A stretch of DNA of 64,000 bases, from contig JANPLG010000182.1 of NCBI GenBank assembly GCA_031426395.1, positions 6,984 through 70,983 of the forward strand, written 5' to 3'. Position 1 is the stretch's first letter; every line of letters starts with the position of its first letter. Below, piece after piece: positions 58,290-64,000 of the stretch. The stretch comes from Actinomycetes bacterium (lineage in GTDB: Bacteria; Armatimonadota; SYMT01). The translations under genes and the position numbers were made by a program. The notes beneath the pieces were generated by a model. It was not told where the DNA came from. It saw only the letters and a program-made list of their open reading frames with translations, and did no database searches.

Positions 58290-59855
58290 TTGCGGCCGTC
58301 GATGGATACAAGCGAGAGGGCAGGCTGTACCACGCAGGGGGTGACGGAAGTGGCGCTTGACGGATTGGAGACAACCTACCGGGAACTGGAGCTGGCCCTG
58401 CGTGCGCGGGTTCCGCTGATCGCCCTCGTCACGGTGGAGGAGCAGCGGGCCGAGGAGCGGCTTCTCCAGCCGCTCGCCCGGGACTGGCGCGAGGGGCGGC
58501 TCCTCGCCTGGTCCACCACCCGTGGCTTCCAGACGCTGCCTGCGGACCCGCTCGAGGAGCCACAGCGCTTCTCAGCGCCGGACCCGCCCTCCGCGCTGGA
58601 GTTCATCGCGCAGCACGAAGAGCCGGCGCTGTTCGTCCTCAAGGACTTCCACCACTACCTGGAGAGCGCGGTCGTCCTCCGACGCCTCCGCGAGCTCTTC
58701 ATGGAGCTGCCGCATACCGGCAAGCAGATCGTCTTCCTCGGTCCCCGCTTCCGCGTGCCGGAGGATCTTGAGAAGGAGGTCCAGATCATCGACCTCCCCC
58801 TCCCGGCGCTCCCGGAGCTGGCGGCGCTCCTCGACTCCCTGGCGGATGCCGTGAAAGGCGAAGTGGCCCTCACCCCGGCGGGCCGCGAGCGGTTTCTCAA
58901 AGCCTCACTCGGCTTCACGCTCTCAGAGGCGGAGACCGTGCTGGCCAAGGCGATTGTCCGCGACGGTGCCCTCACCGACGCCGGGGTGGACCTCATCCTG
59001 GCGGAGAAGCAGCAGATCGTGCGTCGCAGCGGCTTCCTGGAGTACTACACGGCTGAGGAGACGCTGGACGATGTGGGCGGTCTCGCGGGCCTGAAGCGCT
59101 GGCTCGCCACCCGTGAGGATGCCTTCACCGAAGACGCCCGCGCCTACGGGCTGCCGGTGCCGAAGGGCGTCCTTCTGCTGGGTGTCCAGGGCGGCGGAAA
59201 GAGCCTGGTGGCGAAGGCTATCAGCCGGGCGTGGCAGATGCCGCTCCTGCGCCTCGATCTCGGCCGCGTCTTCGGCAAGTACATCGGCGAGAGCGAGGCG
59301 GCGATCCGGCGCGCCATCCGTTCCGCGGAGAGCGTCTCCCCCTCCATCCTCTGGATCGATGAGATTGAGAAAGGCTTTGCCGGCGCCACCGTCGAGGCGC
59401 ACGACACCGGCGTGAGCGCCCGCGTCCTCGGGACCTTCCTCACCTGGATGCAGGAGAAGCGGAAGCCGGTCTTCGTGATCGCCACGGCCAACCAGATTCG
59501 GAACCTCCCGCCGGAACTGCTGCGCAAGGGCCGTTTCGACGAGCTCTTCTTTGTCGACGTGCCGGATGAGCGGGAGCGCGAGGAGATCTTCGCCGTCCAC
59601 CTGCGGAAGCGCGGCCGCGTGCCGGCCAGCTTCAACCTCCGGGCGCTGGCGGCCCGCACGGACGGCTTCACCGGCGCCGAGATCGAGCAGGTGGTGAACG
59701 AAGCGCTCCACGCCGCCTACGCGGATCACCGCCGGGAGATCACCCAGGCCGACCTCGAGCAGGCAGCCGGCGAAGTAATCCCCCTCGCCGTCACGATGAA
59801 GGAGTCGGTGGCCGCCATGCGCTCGTGGGCCGCCAACCGGGCAAGACGAGCCTGA
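58290..59855 (+). CDS. AAA+ ATPase (Ycf46-like family); alternative GTG start at 58341
   Basis: Walker A GVQGGGKSL(V)AKA, Walker B ILWIDEIEK, second region of homology, Arg finger. The N-terminal …LRARVPLIALVTVEEQRAEERL… is typical of Ycf46-like proteins. Confidence 0.75.
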   Translation: MRPSMDTSERAGCTTQGVTEVALDGLETTYRELELALRARVPLIALVTVEEQRAEERLLQPLARDWREGRLLAWSTTRGFQTLPADPLEEPQRFSAPDPPSALEFIAQHEEPALFVLKDFHHYLESAVVLRRLRELFMELPHTGKQIVFLGPRFRVPEDLEKEVQIIDLPLPALPELAALLDSLADAVKGEVALTPAGRERFLKASLGFTLSEAETVLAKAIVRDGALTDAGVDLILAEKQQIVRRSGFLEYYTAEETLDDVGGLAGLKRWLATREDAFTEDARAYGLPVPKGVLLLGVQGGGKSLVAKAISRAWQMPLLRLDLGRVFGKYIGESEAAIRRAIRSAESVSPSILWIDEIEKGFAGATVEAHDTGVSARVLGTFLTWMQEKRKPVFVIATANQIRNLPPELLRKGRFDELFFVDVPDEREREEIFAVHLRKRGRVPASFNLRALAARTDGFTGAEIEQVVNEALHAAYADHRREITQADLEQAAGEVIPLAVTMKESVAAMRSWAANRARRA

Positions 59856-59856
59856 T

Positions 59857-60098
59857 CAATTGCGGATTTCGGATTTCGAGTTTCGGATTTGGATGCGGGT
59901 TGGCTGGTTGTGGGAATCCGTATCGTCTCTTCCGGTGCGTGGACTCAACGCTCGATTCGAATCCACCCGGACCCGCACTGCGGGTGGCCAGTCCGAAGAG
60001 GGACTGCTCCGTCACGCAGTCTCGCGAAAGGCGGCTCATCTGGTGAGACGGTCGTTGTCGCACGCAACTCGAAATCCGAAATCCGAAATCCGAAATTG
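59857..60098. repeat. MITE-like element, subfamily A, full-length (242 bp) with ~30-bp heptamer TIRs, between convergent stop codons
   Basis: 5' CAATTGCGGATTTCGGATTTCGAGTTTCGGATTTGG. 3' reverse complement CAATTTCGGATTTCGGATTTCGGATTTCGAGTTGCG. It starts 2 nt after the AAA-ATPase stop and ends 10 nt before the Lon-N gene stop. Confidence 0.65.
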
Positions 60099-60108
60099 TC
60101 GGTGGCCG

Positions 60109-60810
60109 TCAGTTGAGGCAGACCTGAGAGGGGTCCACCCGCAGCCGGTGGGCCTGGGTCTGCTCCTGTCCCACCTTGCGCGCTCGCTCCGTACCCGCCT
60201 TCAGCAACTCCAGTTCCCGTTCCAGCCGCTCCTGCACCGACTGCATCTCTAGTAGCGCCTGCCGCTCCGCCGGATCGCCCTGGAGCACCGCGCCTACCAG
60301 GTAGGAGAGTTGCAGCGGCTCCTCCGGAAGATCCAGCTCCTGATACTCAAGGCCGTTCGCGGAGAGAATGGCGATGATGTAATCCTCCACCCCCTTCTTC
60401 ACCTGCGCCGAGAGCGGCCCAGGCGCATCCGCTGCCTCGTCCGGCAAGAACTCCACCTCGGCCTCGGCGAACGGCTGGTCCAGGAGCAGCTTGCGGATCC
60501 GAAAGCGACGCCGGCCCACCGTGTTCAGATTCCAGCGCCCATCTCCCAGGGGCACGCTGGCGACGATCTCGCAGGTAGTGCCCACGAGGTGGGGGTCCGC
60601 CGGAGTTCCCACTTCCTGCCCGGTGGAGATGAGGCAGACGCCGAAGGTGCGGTCGCCCTCCAGGCAATGGCGGGTCATCAACTGGTAGCGCGGTTCAAAG
60701 ATGTGGAGCGGCAGCGCCATTCCCGGAAAGACCACCACGTTCAAGGGGAAGATCGGAATCCGCTGCTGTCCGGTAGCCTGTCCATCTGCCTGTTCAGTTG
60801 CCTGTTGCAT
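60109..60810 (-). CDS. Stand-alone Lon N-terminal (LON substrate-binding) domain protein; start set at MQQATEQ
   Basis: …IPIFPLNVVVFPGMALPLHIFEPRYQLM… is the Lon-N signature. The upstream 237 codons of the ORF overlap greA antisense and a heptamer repeat and are rejected. Confidence 0.65.
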   Translation of the reverse strand: MQQATEQADGQATGQQRIPIFPLNVVVFPGMALPLHIFEPRYQLMTRHCLEGDRTFGVCLISTGQEVGTPADPHLVGTTCEIVASVPLGDGRWNLNTVGRRRFRIRKLLLDQPFAEAEVEFLPDEAADAPGPLSAQVKKGVEDYIIAILSANGLEYQELDLPEEPLQLSYLVGAVLQGDPAERQALLEMQSVQERLERELELLKAGTERARKVGQEQTQAHRLRVDPSQVCLN

Positions 60811-61104
60811 GACCTGTTCCGCCCGCTCGAGCGGGATCCTTACCGCATACGGGTCGATAAAGCTGTCCCCGCTGACTCGTTGTAACCAGTGACGGGCAGC
60901 GGCGGAACGTGAGCCCCGGCAAGCCCCATCTGCGGCGCAGCGGAAAGGCACCTGGACTGCGGACAACTGCATCCGCATTCCGCATTCCGCGATCCACATT
61001 CCGAAATCGCCGACCCGGTTCGTGGTAACATGAACGGACCTCGTCCAAACCCTCTCTGCGCCGCGTCCGCGCCGCGCCCTCGTTCCCGCTATAGGAGCCC
61101 CAAG

Positions 61105-61605
61105 GTGCAGAACCTTCAAAAGGGAAAGTACTACGTCACCGTCCGAGGCGGCGCGGCGCTGGAAAAGGAATTCGAGGACCTGCAGCGGAAGCGGGGCGAG
61201 ATTGCGGAGAACATCCGAAAGGCGAAAGCCTTCGGCGACCTCAGCGAGAACTTCGAGTACCACGAAGCCAAGCGTGAGCAGGGATTCATGGAGGGGCGGA
61301 TCTCCCAGCTTAAGATCATCGTCCCCAACATGGCCATCGTCTACCCCGAACAGGTGACGCCGGACAGCGTGGGGTTCGGCTCCATGGTCACCGTGCGCGA
61401 GGACACCGGTGAGGACACTGGCGAGGAGTGGGAATTCACCATCGTCGGGCCGCTGGAGGCCGACCCCATGGAGGACCGGATCTCCTATGAGTCGCCGCTT
61501 GGCGAGGCCCTCTGGGGCCACAAGGCGGGGGAGACGGTGAGCGCCAACGTCCCCGCCGGCGTGGTGACCTACGAGATCATCGCCCTCCGTGTCTACAACG
61601 GCTAA
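61105..61605 (+). CDS. greA: Transcription elongation factor GreA (GTG start, AGGAG RBS)
   Basis: N-terminal coiled-coil with acidic tip (…KAFGDLSENFEYHEAKREQ…), C-terminal FKBP-like domain. Confidence 0.85.
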   Translation: MQNLQKGKYYVTVRGGAALEKEFEDLQRKRGEIAENIRKAKAFGDLSENFEYHEAKREQGFMEGRISQLKIIVPNMAIVYPEQVTPDSVGFGSMVTVREDTGEDTGEEWEFTIVGPLEADPMEDRISYESPLGEALWGHKAGETVSANVPAGVVTYEIIALRVYNG

Positions 61606-61639
61606 CCCCCGGTTAATCCCTTCACGTCCGTTTCAAGAA

Positions 61640-61685
61640 CGGCGGGCAGAGACGGCACGTGGCCGGTCCGCCCGCCGCTTTTTAT
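61640..61685 (+). terminator. Probable rho-independent terminator after greA
   Basis: CGGCGGGC…(22-nt loop)…GCCCGCCG followed by CTTTTTA. Confidence 0.5.
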
Positions 61686-61844
61686 GGTCAGACTGATGCC
61701 GAATTTCGCTCGACGAAGCCGCGCTGATATCAGTACGGGCAGGCCAGGGTGAGTGCATGGCGGGCGACAGAATGAGGCGCGGAGCCGCAGGCAGTCCTGG
61801 CGGCCCACTGACGACTGACCGGCACCGGCAGGACCCTTTACCCG

Positions 61845-62030
61845 CTACTTCGCCAGCAGCTTTTCCTGGTTCGCAAGGATCTGCTGCTGGTTGGTGACGA
61901 TCTCCCGCTGGTTGGAGAGGATCTCATTCAGCTTGCCCTGGTTGGACTCCAGCGTCTTCTGGTTGGAGAGGATGGTGGCCTGGTTCTCCAGGATCACCTT
62001 CTGGTTGGCAAGAATGTCTTCGGTGGACAT
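61845..62030 (-). CDS. Small heptad-repeat protein (61 aa; ILxNQxx repeated ~8 times), encoded by 21-bp tandem DNA repeats
   Basis: MSTEDILANQKVILENQATILSNQKTLESNQGKLNEILSNQREIVTNQQQILANQEKLLAK, with a weak RBS. It may be real (coiled-coil) or a translated DNA repeat. Confidence 0.3.
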   Translation of the reverse strand: MSTEDILANQKVILENQATILSNQKTLESNQGKLNEILSNQREIVTNQQQILANQEKLLAK

Positions 62031-62155
62031 GGGTGAGCTGCTTTCTGAACGTTGGGTGACAGCATGAGGGGGAATGCCCCCGGTTGATTGTAAAGCGCCC
62101 TTCCCCTCGCCTACCGTTAGAGATGGTTAATCCGCCATCAGCAGTCACGCGTGAG

Positions 62156-62641
62156 TCATTGCTGGCCCGCCCGCAGGTCGCTCACCACTCCGTCCATCCG
62201 CTCACCGTGGGGAGTGAAGCGGAGCCGTCGGCTATCTCCCTCATCGTACTCCAGGGCAATCTCCAGGCGCTCCGGCGGCAAGGCAGGCGCGATGCGCTCC
62301 GGCCACTCCACCAGGACCACGCCGCCGCTGCGGAGCAGGTCGTCCCAGCCCAGGTCGACCAGCTCATCCAGGCTGGCGACACGATAGGTGTCCAGGTGCC
62401 ACAGCGGGAGCCGACCGGCGTTCTGCTGCACCAGGGCGAAGGTGGGACTGCAGACCGGGTCGATCACCTCCAGCCCCAGCCCGATTCCTTGGGCGAGGAC
62501 CGTCTTGCCCGCGCCGAGCGTGCCGGAGAGGCAGACCACGTCGCCCTCCTGAAGCAGCCAGCCTAGCCGCTCACCCAGGGCGCGCGTGTCCTCCGCGCTG
62601 CGGGTGGTGATCTCCCAGGCTCCCGTCTGCGTCTCTCCCAT
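62156..62641 (-). CDS. tsaE: tRNA threonylcarbamoyladenosine biosynthesis protein TsaE (YjeE ATPase)
   Basis: Walker A GTLGAGKT, …SPTFALV… motif, size 161 aa. Confidence 0.8.
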   Translation of the reverse strand: MGETQTGAWEITTRSAEDTRALGERLGWLLQEGDVVCLSGTLGAGKTVLAQGIGLGLEVIDPVCSPTFALVQQNAGRLPLWHLDTYRVASLDELVDLGWDDLLRSGGVVLVEWPERIAPALPPERLEIALEYDEGDSRRLRFTPHGERMDGVVSDLRAGQQ

Positions 62642-62688
62642 TCACCCATTCTCCCCTTCGCTTGATCGCACCATCCACTCCCAGCCGG

Positions 62689-63561
62689 TCACCGCCCTGA
62701 ACCAGAGGGTCCTGCCAGGAAGCGGTAGATCATTTGGCTGAAGCGCGCCATCGCCAGCTCTGCTCGCGGCTGCGACCCCACGTCCCGCAGGAACACCGCC
62801 ACCGCATACCTTGGGCCGACCGGCGGCTCCACGAACGCCACGTCGTTGACCGCGCCGCCCCAGGTGCCGGTCTTGTTGCCGCATGTTGCTTCCTGCGGGA
62901 GACCGGTGGGGAGGCGTGACCGGCGGGTCTGGGCGAGGAGCATGGTCCGCAGCTCCTGGGACGCAGACGCGCTCACCGCCTTGCCCCGGGAGATCTGCAG
63001 CATCATCCGCGTGACTTCCGCCGCCGAGGTGGGATTGTCCTTGCCGCGCGCCAGCTCCCCGAAACGCCGCTCCAGCCGTGTGACCCGGTAGCCGTGCTCC
63101 CGCAACCAGGCGGCGATGGCCGGCTTCCCAAGTCGGCCGATCAGCGCATCTGCGGAGGCGTTACTGCTCACGGTCAGCGCCGCGCGCAGGTGGGCGAGGT
63201 CCTCTGGGGTGCGCTTGAGCCGATCATCGTGCCATGCCTGCTCCAGCGCCAGCGCGAGCGGCACCTTCGCAATGCTGGCGGCCGGGACGGATCGGTCACC
63301 GGCCACGCCTGCGGTGACGCCCTCCTCGGAGCCATCGTCCACGCGGACGTGGACCGCCGCGCTGCCGGGCAGCTTCTTCACCTCCCGCTTGAGGAGCGCT
63401 TCGAGCGCCGTGCGGTCCACCAGCGGCCGGGGCGACCCCATCGGGCGCGGCATAGCTTTCGGCGTCACCGGGGCGGCGGTCGGTGCCGGAACGCAGCCGC
63501 CCACGGAGGCGAGCGAGACAATCGCGAGCATGGCCAGCTTTGCCCGGACCTTTCCAGCCAT
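62689..63561 (-). CDS. Class A beta-lactamase-family serine hydrolase, lipoprotein signal
   Basis: SxxK (SIAKV), SDN-equivalent (SSN), KTG, lipobox (…SLASVGGC). Confidence 0.7.
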   Translation of the reverse strand: MAGKVRAKLAMLAIVSLASVGGCVPAPTAAPVTPKAMPRPMGSPRPLVDRTALEALLKREVKKLPGSAAVHVRVDDGSEEGVTAGVAGDRSVPAASIAKVPLALALEQAWHDDRLKRTPEDLAHLRAALTVSSNASADALIGRLGKPAIAAWLREHGYRVTRLERRFGELARGKDNPTSAAEVTRMMLQISRGKAVSASASQELRTMLLAQTRRSRLPTGLPQEATCGNKTGTWGGAVNDVAFVEPPVGPRYAVAVFLRDVGSQPRAELAMARFSQMIYRFLAGPSGSGR

Positions 63562-63579
63562 TGCAGTAATCCCTTCGCG

Positions 63580-64000
63580 CTACAGCAGGACTTTCCCGCC
63601 CATCATGGTCCCGCCGGTCGTGCTCCCGACCGCCGTTCCCTTGAGGGCCTGGACGCAGTAGTTCAGATAGAGCCGGAAGTGGCGGTCGTAGGTGGCCCAG
63701 GTCCAGGGTACCCCATCCTGCTCCTTGATGGGGTGCAACTGCCGCCGGGCGAGCGTTTCCCGCACCACCTCCACCGGGTCTCCCGGCGGTGCTTGCCCGT
63801 CGCGGAAGAAGAAAGGGTCGCTCAGCAGCAGCGAGCCGCCCGGACGCAGGAGGCGCGCCGCTTCGTCCATCGGCCCCTCGATTCCCACGATATCGATCAC
63901 GTTGCAGGAGAGGACGGCGTCGAAGAGGCCGGTGGGGAAGGGAAGCTGCGCGCAGTCCCCCACCACGAACTCCGCGTTGGCGGCGTGGATGGCCTGGACC
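63580..64000 (-). CDS. Class I SAM-dependent methyltransferase, partial (C-terminal part; start lies beyond the window end)
   Basis: …LLRPGGSLLLSD… post-motif region of the MTase fold. The ORF is open at the window edge. Confidence 0.55.
   Translation of the reverse strand, partial: VQAIHAANAEFVVGDCAQLPFPTGLFDAVLSCNVIDIVGIEGPMDEAARLLRPGGSLLLSDPFFFRDGQAPPGDPVEVVRETLARRQLHPIKEQDGVPWTWATYDRHFRLYLNYCVQALKGTAVGSTTGGTMMGGKVLL

Noticed and set aside
60811-61521. N-terminal 237 codons of the 470-aa ORF 60109-61521
   Set aside because: This segment overlaps greA on the other strand and the (GCGGAAT)n repeat. Only the C-terminal 233 aa carry the Lon-N domain, so the gene was trimmed to the internal ATG at 60810.

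Overview
This 64-kb window is high-GC (about 65%) bacterial chromosomal DNA with dense coding. It is not cyanobacterial, because nuoE and nuoF are present. HemQ, RNase J and a PrkA-less YeaH-SpoVR pair point to a Deinococcus-Thermus, Chloroflexi or Actinobacteria-like lineage, but I cannot name the organism from sequence alone. Recognisable housekeeping content includes the first six genes of the NADH dehydrogenase operon (nuoA-F, minus strand), an Fpg/Nei DNA glycosylase, a HemQ/chlorite-dismutase-family protein, asparaginyl-tRNA synthetase, RecX, RNase J, IspH, PyrD, GreA and TsaE, plus an M28 peptidase and an S8 subtilase. Four things stand out beyond that. (1) The spoVR gene of a yeaH-spoVR pair carries a 405-aa LAGLIDADG-type intein inserted in the conserved NEGWA/SYWH motif. 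(2) A minus-strand cluster at 48.1-51.1 kb encodes a 32-aa Ser/Thr/Glu-rich peptide followed by a hairpin terminator, then an HprK-like P-loop kinase, an S24/S26-like peptidase and an NTP_transf_5-type nucleotidyltransferase. This looks like an uncharacterised peptide-modification (RiPP-like) system and has no lasso-peptide cyclase or B2 protease homologue. (3) A family of MITE-like elements with terminal inverted repeats built from tandem heptamers (CAATTG-(CGGATTT)n) occurs in at least four copies and two internal-sequence subfamilies. Independent heptamer arrays (GGTTYCC, GCATTCC, TAATCC and others) and REP-like hairpin clusters fill unusually long noncoding stretches. (4) An ISL3 element interrupts a secreted beta-propeller gene, and an amidohydrolase gene has a single in-frame TAG. 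Other observations are a shared AT-rich TTGCAA-palindrome motif upstream of spoVR, asnS and ispH, a long inverted repeat inside the nuoD-nuoE spacer, a tandem pair of zinc-ribbon membrane paralogs, a 1098-aa SARP/NB-ARC/TPR regulator with a decayed paralog fragment elsewhere, and an Rpn-family nuclease gene with a duplicated 3' fragment. I did not recognise any tRNA, rRNA or CRISPR array by eye.
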